Shown here piece after piece: positions 8,492 through 17,841 of a stretch of 64,000 bases of DNA (the stretch's first letter is position 1; each line of letters opens with the position of its first letter). Location: assembly GCA_934489945.1 (NCBI GenBank), contig CAKSSY010000003.1:21-64020 (forward strand), given 5' to 3'. The DNA comes from an uncultured Eubacteriales bacterium (GTDB taxonomy: Bacteria > Bacillota > Clostridia > Oscillospirales > CAG-272). A program made the position numbers and the translations under genes. The notes beneath the pieces are model-generated. The model was not told where the DNA came from, searched no databases, and saw only the letters and a list, made by a program, of their open reading frames with translations.

Positions 8492-9076
8492 ATGGATTTT
8501 TCGGAACATATTTACAGTGTTCTTCTTGTTTCGTCCTCCGAAAAACTGAATCAATCTTTTTGCGCACTGTTGCCGCAGGAAAAATATCATCCGGTGGTTT
8601 GTGTTCCCGACACGGCGAGTGCCGGACGGAGTCTTTTGGAAAACAGTTATGATATTGTAATTATCAACACGCCGCTCTCCGATGACTTTGGGACGCGGCT
8701 TGCCATTGATATTGTAAATAACGGATCGACGGGAGTTTTGTTGTTGGTAAAGGCAGAACAATATTCGGAAATCAATGCGATGGTGTCTCCGTATGGCGTT
8801 CTGACACTTTTGAAACCGACAACGGCACAGATGATAGCGCAGTCTTTGGTACTTCTTTGCGGAACACGGGAACGTCTTCGACGGATGGAGCAGAAGGCAG
8901 CATCTCTGGAAGAAAAAATGCTGGAAATCCGAACCGTCAACCGCGCAAAATTGTTGTTGATCGAACAACTGAAGATGACGGAAGCGGAAGCGCATCGTTT
9001 CATTGAAAAACAGGCAATGGACAGATGCGTGACACGCAAAAGTATTGCCGAATCCATAATATCTACATATAAATAA
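8492..9076 (+). CDS. ANTAR-domain RNA-binding antiterminator with a degenerate receiver-like N-terminal domain (NitR/AmiR/NasT-like)
   Basis: The C-terminus, EIRTVNRAKLLLIEQLKMTEAEAHRFIEKQAMDRCVTRKSIAESII, fits the ANTAR helix pattern. The N-terminal fold is receiver-like, but has SSSE where the DD pocket should be and DIVIIN where the phospho-acceptor Asp should be. Confidence 0.75.
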   Translation: MDFSEHIYSVLLVSSSEKLNQSFCALLPQEKYHPVVCVPDTASAGRSLLENSYDIVIINTPLSDDFGTRLAIDIVNNGSTGVLLLVKAEQYSEINAMVSPYGVLTLLKPTTAQMIAQSLVLLCGTRERLRRMEQKAASLEEKMLEIRTVNRAKLLLIEQLKMTEAEAHRFIEKQAMDRCVTRKSIAESIISTYK

Positions 9077-10693
<1,617 letters not shown>

Positions 10694-10721
10694 AAGAGCC
10701 AATCCTCTGTCGTTCATAATT

Positions 10722-10760
10722 AAAAGCACCTCTCATGATTTTTTGGGGGTGCTTTTATAT
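10722..10760 (+). terminator. Intrinsic terminator after pyrG
   Basis: AAAGCACC...GGTGCTTT stem followed by TATATT. Begins 29 nt after the pyrG stop. Confidence 0.55.
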
Positions 10761-10895
10761 TGTCCGGGGGAAGAAACCGTGTTTGCCAACAGGGAAAATG
10801 TGAGAGGAGCGGGAATTTCGATGAAAAAAACGACGAAAAAGCCACGACATTTTTCTTGAATTGTTTAAGATTGTCGGAGTTGCCGGAGATTACAT

Positions 10896-10924
10896 TTGCA
10901 ATAAACGAATGATTTTGTTATAAT
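10896..10924 (+). promoter_or_regulatory. Promoter of the LysM/CAP gene
   Basis: TTGCAA, 17 nt, TATAAT. Confidence 0.45.
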
Positions 10925-10979
10925 GGTGACGATGTCGCAACGCGGCAGAACATATCAGAATAAAGGAGAGGTTTGCAGA

Positions 10980-11591
10980 ATGAGAAAAAAATCAAAAATT
11001 TTTCTGACCGTCGTTATGGTTTTGGTTGTTGTTGTGTTTTCTGTTCCGATTGTCGGAGCTGCCACGCACACGGTTGTGCGAGGGGACAGTATGTGGAAGA
11101 TTGCAACCCGGTATCAAGTCGGTGTAAGTGAAATTATAAATGCCAATCCGCAGATCGCCAACCCGAATCTGATTTATCCCGGTCAGAAACTGACGGTTCC
11201 GGAGATTGACAGTACCGTAGCAACATATGAGCAACAGGTGGTTGACCTTGTCAATGAGATTCGTGTGAAGAACGGGCTTTCCCGTCTTTCGGTGAATTGG
11301 GAACTTTCCCGAGTTGCCCGATATAAGTCACAGGATATGGCAGATCGTTCTTATTTTTCACATACCAGTCCGACATACGGTTCGCCGTTTCAGATGATAA
11401 AAGCCTTTGAAATTTCCTATCAGACAGCCGGTGAAAATATAGCTAAGGGGTATCGGACTCCGCAAGCGGTCGTGGACGGATGGATGAATTCGGCGGGACA
11501 TCGTGCGAATATTCTGAATGCTTCTTTTAAAGCGATTGGCGTCGGTTACTCGGCAGACGGAAACCATTGGACGCAGATGTTTATCGGATGA
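10980..11591 (+). CDS. Secreted LysM-domain plus CAP/SCP (YkwD-like) domain protein
   Basis: ATG 10980 follows AAGGAGAGG. Signal-like MRKKSKIFLTVVMVLVVVVF. LysM part: HTVVRGDSMWKIATRYQVGVSEIINANP...YPGQKLTVP. CAP part: GENIAKGY...WMNSAGHRANIL. Confidence 0.8.
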   Translation: MRKKSKIFLTVVMVLVVVVFSVPIVGAATHTVVRGDSMWKIATRYQVGVSEIINANPQIANPNLIYPGQKLTVPEIDSTVATYEQQVVDLVNEIRVKNGLSRLSVNWELSRVARYKSQDMADRSYFSHTSPTYGSPFQMIKAFEISYQTAGENIAKGYRTPQAVVDGWMNSAGHRANILNASFKAIGVGYSADGNHWTQMFIG

Positions 11592-11605
11592 CAACTGTTT
11601 GATTT

Positions 11606-11644
11606 AAAAATCGGCATCGTCTTTTTGGACGATGCCGATTTTGA
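11606..11644. terminator. Bidirectional terminator between convergent genes
   Basis: AAAATCGGCATCGTC-tttttg-GACGATGCCGATTTT. A 15-bp perfect stem flanked by A-run and T-run. Confidence 0.75.
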
Positions 11645-11696
11645 TATGGGAGAGATTTTCGTCTATGAGAGGTTTGTTCGATTTTGCGAAAAAATT

Positions 11697-12809
11697 TTAT
11701 TTGTTCTTTGGGGAGAGCAACCAACTGCCCTCCTTATTGCAAAGACGGATCGGATAAGTTTTTTCGTAGTTTTCACGGAAGTAAAACTCCATTGTCCGTT
11801 CCGATGGGCTGTATACGATACTCCATTGCGTTTGCTCGTTGCTGTCCGGGAAGTTTTTCTGTGCAACTCCGGCAAGGCAGGCGGCAACTTCGTCGGTTGT
11901 CATGATGCCGCTTTTTTCATGAAAGAGTCTCGCAAGCGTATTGTAACGCAGATGTGATTCTTCACTTCCCACGCCCTTTTTCTCACAATCGGACAAATAG
12001 TGGTTGGTTACCACGGCAGTTTCGGTAACAATCATTTTATTTCCGACATACTCCACGACAACCGAACGCCCGGTTGCATCCATCAACGAAAAATGGTGTG
12101 CCGATCCGATCGAGGAGTTCATGTCATATTCGGAAAGCAACGAAAGAGCCTCATCAATATTTGCCGCATGATCGAGAAGCAGGCGGATGGCGGCGGTGAC
12201 GGTCAGATCGGGTTTGTCGGTGTTTTGATGCGTTTCCTCTTTATCGCCCGCCATGAGAACGGCAACACAAAGACCGCGCTCATTCATACCGTCGAGCGGA
12301 ACATAGACCGCTGCCAATGCCAGAAAGCGGTTTTGTATGCCGTCTGTCGGCACCCAGTCCTTGCCGAATCCGAGAAAATCGAGGCAAACGGTAGAGACAG
12401 ACTCCCACCCGTTTTGAGGTTTGGTATGAACGATCATGGTGTCGCAGGATTCCCAGTCATAGTTTCGCCCGAAGATTGGTTTGCCGTCGGTATTCTTTAC
12501 TGCGATGGTGCTGCAACCGAAATCGTTTTCGGGGAGAGAGGTTGTGTCGGGTTTCCAAAAGCCGTGCGAGAGGAAAGAGGCAATGTAATCTGCCATTTTT
12601 GCGTCAGAAGCGGCACCGCCCTGTGCAAGAAAGGTATCAAATCCGTAATCTCCGGCGTATTCCATCGAGTAAAGGTGGTTGTCGAGCTTTTTGATCGTGT
12701 TCGCAGCCTTGAATTGCGTGCCGAACATGGCATAAGCTCCGATAAAGAATACAGTCAACAGAATTGCCAAAGAGATCAGAGAGATTTTCAGTATTTTATA
12801 TTTTTTCAT
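11697..12809 (-). CDS. Linear amide C-N hydrolase (choloylglycine hydrolase / penicillin V acylase family, Ntn), membrane-anchored, with a long pre-nucleophile region
   Basis: N-terminal TM/signal segment MKKYKILKISLISLAILLTVFFIGAYA. The motif DFGCSTIAVKNTDGKPIFGRNYDW matches the Cys-nucleophile plus FGRNxD(W/Y) pattern of the family. Confidence 0.7.
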   Translation of the reverse strand: MKKYKILKISLISLAILLTVFFIGAYAMFGTQFKAANTIKKLDNHLYSMEYAGDYGFDTFLAQGGAASDAKMADYIASFLSHGFWKPDTTSLPENDFGCSTIAVKNTDGKPIFGRNYDWESCDTMIVHTKPQNGWESVSTVCLDFLGFGKDWVPTDGIQNRFLALAAVYVPLDGMNERGLCVAVLMAGDKEETHQNTDKPDLTVTAAIRLLLDHAANIDEALSLLSEYDMNSSIGSAHHFSLMDATGRSVVVEYVGNKMIVTETAVVTNHYLSDCEKKGVGSEESHLRYNTLARLFHEKSGIMTTDEVAACLAGVAQKNFPDSNEQTQWSIVYSPSERTMEFYFRENYEKTYPIRLCNKEGSWLLSPKNK

Positions 12810-12926
12810 GTCAGTCCTCGTTTTCGGCGGTCTTATTTCATCGTCGATGAATTGGCATTATTATACAACGGATATGCAATTTTGTCAAGCATACCGAGGA
12901 ACGTAAAGCGGTTTCGGAAATAGGGC

Positions 12927-12955
12927 TTGCAAACCGGGGAAAAGTATGGTATACT
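12927..12955 (+). promoter_or_regulatory. Promoter of the DEAD-box helicase gene (about 110-nt 5' UTR)
   Basis: TTGCAA (12927-12932), 17 nt, TATACT (12950-12955). Confidence 0.45.
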
Positions 12956-13069
12956 GAAAAAAACAGTGTGTGACGATCATGTCCTTTCTGTTGTGCCGCA
13001 ACTGTCATTTTGCGGCAGTTCCGGGGAGATGTGTTGATAGGTCGCCCATGGAAAAAGAAAAGGATGATT

Positions 13070-14350
13070 ATGAATTTTCAGGAAATGAGTTTGTCAACCA
13101 CGTTGCTGGATGCTGTGCGGGAGAGCGGATATGTTGTTCCGACTCCCATTCAGGAGGCAACAGTTCCCGTAGCGATGGCGGGAAAGGATGTTTTGGGATG
13201 TGCACAGACAGGGAGCGGTAAGACCGCGGCGTTTGTGTTGCCCATTTTGCAAAAACTTGGCACCGGTCGCCAAAAGTCGGATGACCGTCAAATCCGCTCT
13301 TTGATTCTTGTGCCTACACGCGAATTGGCAATTCAGAATTATGACTGTTTTGTCCGTCTTGGTGTGTATACCGATCTTTGTACGGCGGTAATTTACGGCG
13401 GAGTCAGTCAGAATCCGCAGGTAGAGGCAATCAAAAGCGGTGTCGATGTTCTTGTCGCAACTCCTGGGCGATTGAATGATCTCATTCGTCAGGGATTTAT
13501 CTCGCTTGAAAAGCTGGAGATTTTCGTTTTGGACGAGGCGGACCGTATGCTGGATATGGGCTTCATTCACGATGTTAAGGCGATTATCCGCCTTTTGCCG
13601 CGGAAACGTCAGACGCTTCTGTTTTCGGCAACCATGCCGAAAGAGGTTGAGGAGCTGGCACTTGGCTTGCTGAACGATCCGGTAACGGTCAAAGTTGATC
13701 CCGTTACCGGAACGGGCAAAAAAATCAAACAATCGGTTTATTTTGTGGCACGTGAGAACAAAAAGAAACTGTTATTTTACTTGTTGACCGAGGGCGGTGT
13801 TTCGACGGCTTTGGTTTTTACCAGAACGAAGGGCAATGCCGATCAGATCGCACGTTTTCTGAACAAGAATGGCATTGACGCCATGGCAATTCACGGGGAC
13901 AAGAGTCAGACTGCCCGGCAAAAGGCTTTGAGTTCCTTTAAGGCGGGAAAGATCGGGGTTCTTGTGGCAACCGATATTGCCGCGCGCGGCATTGACATTG
14001 TTGAATTGCCTTATGTTGTCAATTATAATATTCCAGAGGAACCGGAAACCTATATTCACCGTATCGGCAGAACGGGACGTGCGGGGCAGGGAGGTGCTGC
14101 GATCAGTATTTGCTCCGCCGAGGAATTGAAAGACTGGCGAGCCATCGAAAAACTGACAAAGGCTTCAATTTTCACAGCCGATTGTGAGTGGAGTGTGAAG
14201 GATATGCTTCCTTGCGAGCGGGTTCGACAAACAAGACCGCCGCAGGCGACCGCAAAGTCCGAAAAAAGGAGTGCGGCGAAGCCATCAAAGATGCCGAGGG
14301 AGAATAAGAAAAAACGTCGTCCGTTTTCCGATTCCGTCAAACATCCGTAA
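13070..14350 (+). CDS. DEAD-box ATP-dependent RNA helicase with a basic C-terminal tail
   Basis: Contains AQTGSGKT, PTRELA, DEAD, SAT and HRIGRTGRAG. Start chosen at MNFQEMSL (13070) after AAAAGGA. 13064 is also possible. Confidence 0.9.
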   Translation: MNFQEMSLSTTLLDAVRESGYVVPTPIQEATVPVAMAGKDVLGCAQTGSGKTAAFVLPILQKLGTGRQKSDDRQIRSLILVPTRELAIQNYDCFVRLGVYTDLCTAVIYGGVSQNPQVEAIKSGVDVLVATPGRLNDLIRQGFISLEKLEIFVLDEADRMLDMGFIHDVKAIIRLLPRKRQTLLFSATMPKEVEELALGLLNDPVTVKVDPVTGTGKKIKQSVYFVARENKKKLLFYLLTEGGVSTALVFTRTKGNADQIARFLNKNGIDAMAIHGDKSQTARQKALSSFKAGKIGVLVATDIAARGIDIVELPYVVNYNIPEEPETYIHRIGRTGRAGQGGAAISICSAEELKDWRAIEKLTKASIFTADCEWSVKDMLPCERVRQTRPPQATAKSEKRSAAKPSKMPRENKKKRRPFSDSVKHP

Positions 14351-14404
14351 ACCGCGAATCGTGACAAATATATTTCGTAGCCGAGACAAAAGGAGAAGTG
14401 AGAA

Positions 14405-14959
14405 ATGAAATCATTGAAAGCTGTCCAGTCTATTATGAAAGTTCTGAAAGTGCTGTCCAAAATCGGATTGGTTCTTTACATTATCGGCACGGTTTTGTGT
14501 CTTGCGGGCGGTGCTGTTTTGGTTGCTATGGAAGCCAATGAAGACAGCACGTTTGTTGCCTCCATACGGGAGGTGTTGGCAGAGGAGTATGGGCTTGAGT
14601 TGTGGGAAACTTATATTTCCGCATTTGCGTTGGCAATCGGCTATGCTTTTTCCTGTTATCTTGAATTTTCAATCTGTCGGTATTTTAAGAATGAATTGGA
14701 GGATGGAACGCCCTTTACCTATCGCGGTGCCGACGAATTGCGGAACCTCGGGATCAAAACCATTATAGTTTCGGTTGTTTCGACAATTTGCACTACAGTT
14801 CTGCTCGGCGTATTTGGTTTTGAGGGGAATTTCAGAATTCAATATTCTTTTGCTCTCGGAATCGGTATGATTCTCCTTTCCGTTGTATTTCGTTACGGAG
14901 CCGATCTGGAAGAAAACAGAATGCCGGAAGAAGAAATTGAACCGGAAATCCGGAACTGA
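14405..14959 (+). CDS. Hypothetical integral membrane protein
   Basis: RBS AAAGGAGAAG. Several hydrophobic segments (IGLVLYIIGTVLCLAGGAVLV, ...IIVSVVSTICTTVLLGVFGF). No family recognised. Confidence 0.6.
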   Translation: MKSLKAVQSIMKVLKVLSKIGLVLYIIGTVLCLAGGAVLVAMEANEDSTFVASIREVLAEEYGLELWETYISAFALAIGYAFSCYLEFSICRYFKNELEDGTPFTYRGADELRNLGIKTIIVSVVSTICTTVLLGVFGFEGNFRIQYSFALGIGMILLSVVFRYGADLEENRMPEEEIEPEIRN

Positions 14960-14974
14960 GGAGACGGGAGCAAT

Positions 14975-15874
14975 ATGAAAACCAAACTGCAAAAAGCAAG
15001 GGGTGTTTTGCTTGTCTGGTGTCTTTTTATCGGGATTGGTGCCGTGGCGGGGGCAATAGGTATGCTAAGCGACCCGAGCGGTAAGAAGATGGGGATGGAC
15101 GCTATGCTTCCTTACTTTCAAAAACTGCCGTTTGCCGATGTTTTGTTTGAGGATCTTCTTTTTTCCGGGTTTGCTCTTCTGATTGTCAACGGACTGACCA
15201 ATTTGACGGCGGCAACATTTCTTATTCTGAAAAAACGCGTCGGTATCATTCTCGGAACGCTGTTCGGAATTACCCTGATGCTTTGGATTTGTATTCAGTT
15301 TTATTTTTTGCCGCCTAACTTCATGTCCACTACATACTTCTTTTTCGGTTTGTTCCAGGCTTTGACCGGATATCTTGCATGGGTGTATGACTGCCGCGTC
15401 CGTTTTCGTTTTGATCCTGCGGATTACCGGAATATCGGAACAAATCCAAGAGAACTTGTTGTGTATTTCTCACGGGAAGGATATACCAGGAAGGTGGCTT
15501 ACGAAACGGCAGACAAAAGCGGCGCGGAACTTTATGAGATTTGCACATCCGAGAGAACAGAGGGAGTCCTCGGATTTTGGTGGTGCGGACGGTTCGGCAT
15601 GCATGCTTGGGCTATGCCGATCAAGAAAGACATTCCCGATCTTGAGTCCTATCATCGCGTTACGTTTTGCACACCGATTTGGGTATTCGGATTGTCTGCT
15701 CCTATGCGGGGATTTTGCCGTGCGGCAAAGGGAAGGGTTCGCAGTGCGGACTATATACTGGTTCATTTCATGAAACATTCCTTCATACGTCCGGCAGAAG
15801 AAATGGACAAATTGCTCGGGATAAAACGCGAAAAACTAACCAATCTTTGCTGTCGCATGGGAAAAATAGTTTGA
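14975..15874 (+). CDS. Membrane protein with a C-terminal flavodoxin-like domain
   Basis: The N-terminal ~150 aa are hydrophobic. The C-terminal ELVVYFSREGYTRKVAYETADKSGAELYEI...GFWWCGRFG resembles flavodoxin-like (Flavodoxin_4-type) proteins. Confidence 0.6.
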   Translation: MKTKLQKARGVLLVWCLFIGIGAVAGAIGMLSDPSGKKMGMDAMLPYFQKLPFADVLFEDLLFSGFALLIVNGLTNLTAATFLILKKRVGIILGTLFGITLMLWICIQFYFLPPNFMSTTYFFFGLFQALTGYLAWVYDCRVRFRFDPADYRNIGTNPRELVVYFSREGYTRKVAYETADKSGAELYEICTSERTEGVLGFWWCGRFGMHAWAMPIKKDIPDLESYHRVTFCTPIWVFGLSAPMRGFCRAAKGRVRSADYILVHFMKHSFIRPAEEMDKLLGIKREKLTNLCCRMGKIV

Positions 15875-15891
15875 TAAACCAAAAGGAAATA

Positions 15892-15936
15892 GCGGTGTTA
15901 AAAAACTCTTTTTGAGTTTTTTAACACCGCTATTTT
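15892..15936 (+). terminator. Terminator of the 14975..15874 gene (first hairpin of repeat copy A)
   Basis: 17-bp stem GCGGTGTTAAAAAACTC/GAGTTTTTTAACACCGC followed by TATTTT. Confidence 0.65.
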
Positions 15937-16059
15937 GTCGCAAAAGGGAGCATGGAATAAAAACAGCAGGCAAAAACGACCATGATTACGTCAAAAAATG
16001 CCGGGTGGGATTCCGGCATTTTAAGAGGCTGTTAAAACATCGGGTTTTGTAACAGACCC
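15892..16059. repeat. Multi-hairpin intergenic repeat, copy A (inverted relative to copy B)
   Basis: Modules: GCGGTGTTAAAAAACTC..GAGTTTTTTAACACCGC, GGCAAAAACGACCATGAT, AAAATGCCGGGTGGGATTCCGGCATTTT and CTGTTAAAACATCGGGTTTTGTAACAG. The reverse complement aligns module by module with 63744-63950. Confidence 0.7.
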
Positions 16060-16110
16060 TTTTGCATATATGGTTTTGCGGTTTGCTTCCAATAAAAACA
16101 AATAGGAGGC

Positions 16111-17205
16111 TCAATCTGTTTTACTGTCGTCGGCGGGGGCGAAAATGTCAAGCTGGTCGTTGTTCTCACGCGATGTCCGGCGATTATCCCGAATTCCGAG
16201 GTGCTCGTAAGCCAGTCTTGTGACACATCTGCCTCGCGGTGTTCGCGAAAGAAAACCGATTTGCATGAGATATGGCTCATAGACATCTTCCAATGTGATG
16301 GCTTCTTCCCCGACGGTTGCCGCCAGTGTATCCAGTCCGACGGGACCGCCGTCGTAAAAATCAATAATGGTTTTGAGCATCCGGCGGTCGGTGTTGTCCA
16401 GTCCGAGAGCATCAATTTCAAGGCGTCCGAGTGCATAGTTGGCAATGTCGGAATCAATGATTCCCTTGCCTTTGACCTGTGCATAGTCGCGGACGCGTTT
16501 GAGCAGACGGTTGGCGATACGCGGCGTTCCGCGTGAACGGGAAGCAATTTCATAGGCACCGTCGTCTGTGATCTCAAATTGCAGGATTTTCGCGCTGCGA
16601 CGGATAATGGTAGCCAGTTCCTCCGGTGTGTAGAGTTCTAATTTCAACAAAAGACCAAAACGGTCACGCAGAGGAGTTGTCAATTGTCCGGCACGTGTCG
16701 TGGCACCAATCAAGGTAAATTTCGGCAGGTCAATGCGTATACTTCTTGCCGAGGGACCTTTGCCGATGATAATATCCAAGGCATAGTCCTCCATTGCCGG
16801 ATAGAGGATTTCTTCGATCGAACGGGAAAGACGGTGTATCTCGTCAATAAAAAGGACGTCGCCTTCCCCAAGGTTGGTCAAAAGTGCCGCAAGGTCGCCT
16901 TGCTTTTCAATGGCGGGACCCGATGTGATTCGGAGATTGACACCCATTTCGGCGGCAATAATACCGGAAAGCGTTGTTTTTCCCAAACCGGGCGGACCAT
17001 AGAGCAGAACATGATCCAGAGAATCGTTTCTCAGCTTGGCGGCATCCATACTGATTTTCAGATTTTCCTTGACTTTTTCCTGCCCGATGTAATCTTCCAG
17101 TCTTTTCGGACGGAGAGATAATTCCGTTTCGCTGTCATCCGGCGTGTAGGAGGAGGTCATAAATCGGTTTTCCATGTCAAGTTCGCCCGCATCAAAGTTG
17201 TTCAT
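16111..17205 (-). CDS. ruvB: Holliday junction branch-migration ATPase RuvB
   Basis: Contains [13 protein letters not shown] and [19 protein letters not shown] lies 7 nt before ATG 17205. Confidence 0.95.
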   Translation of the reverse strand: MNNFDAGELDMENRFMTSSYTPDDSETELSLRPKRLEDYIGQEKVKENLKISMDAAKLRNDSLDHVLLYGPPGLGKTTLSGIIAAEMGVNLRITSGPAIEKQGDLAALLTNLGEGDVLFIDEIHRLSRSIEEILYPAMEDYALDIIIGKGPSARSIRIDLPKFTLIGATTRAGQLTTPLRDRFGLLLKLELYTPEELATIIRRSAKILQFEITDDGAYEIASRSRGTPRIANRLLKRVRDYAQVKGKGIIDSDIANYALGRLEIDALGLDNTDRRMLKTIIDFYDGGPVGLDTLAATVGEEAITLEDVYEPYLMQIGFLSRTPRGRCVTRLAYEHLGIRDNRRTSRENNDQLDIFAPADDSKTD

Positions 17206-17220
17206 AGCTTATTCCTCCTG

Positions 17221-17838
17221 TCAGATATTTCGCATCAGTTTTTTGAGAGCAGCTTTGATCATTTCTCCCGATTCAAGAGTGGGGTCGACCGATTGCAACG
17301 CCGCAGCGGATTCGGCACGGTTGTAACCGAGAACCATGAGGGCATCCAATGCTTCACCGAGAGCACCGTGAGTGGCAGGTGCAGTGGCGGTTTGGCTTTG
17401 ACCGGCTTTCAGAACATCGTTTCCGGTTTCCTTAAGCAGTTTGTCTTGTAACTCCAAAATGATTCGTGCGGCTGTTTTGGCACCGACACCGCTGGCTTTG
17501 GAGATTGCTTTGCTGTCTCCTGTGCAGACGGCAAGCGCAAATTTTTCGGGCGTCATGATAGACAGGATTGCCATGGCGGCTTTGGGACCGACTCCGGAAA
17601 CACCGATCAGCATTTTGAAGGAAGAGAGTTCCTCACGCGACCCGAAGCCGAAAAGCTCAATGTCGTCCTCGCGAACGGCGAGGTGTGTGAAGAGACGAAT
17701 GTCATTGGTATTGGAAACGTTTGCCAGACGGTCATGGGTTGTGGTGCTGATTGTCAATTTGTAGCCGACACCGCCTGCGTCGATGACTGCCACCGACGGC
17801 TCCAGAATGGTAAGGGGACCTTGGATATAATAGAACAC
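17221..17838 (-). CDS. ruvA: Holliday junction DNA-binding protein RuvA
   Basis: Starts MFYYIQGPLTILEPSVAVIDAGGVGYKL. Helix-hairpin-helix part: LIGVSGVGPKAAMAIL...ISKASGVGAKTAARI. Confidence 0.93.
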   Translation of the reverse strand: MFYYIQGPLTILEPSVAVIDAGGVGYKLTISTTTHDRLANVSNTNDIRLFTHLAVREDDIELFGFGSREELSSFKMLIGVSGVGPKAAMAILSIMTPEKFALAVCTGDSKAISKASGVGAKTAARIILELQDKLLKETGNDVLKAGQSQTATAPATHGALGEALDALMVLGYNRAESAAALQSVDPTLESGEMIKAALKKLMRNI

Positions 17839-17841
17839 GGT

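Noticed and set aside
10821-10859. A 12-codon ORF (MKKTTKKPRHFS) with an AGGAG 12 nt upstream, in the pyrG / LysM-gene spacer.
   Set aside because: It lies upstream of the predicted LysM-gene promoter and downstream of the pyrG terminator, so it is probably untranscribed. The spacing to the SD is long and there is no supporting structure.
10760-10895. A possible riboswitch (for example the c-di-AMP ydaO type, which often precedes LysM or cell-wall genes) upstream of the LysM/CAP gene.
   Set aside because: I could not find the conserved ydaO core elements or a convincing pseudo-two-fold structure. The segment lies upstream of the best promoter candidate.
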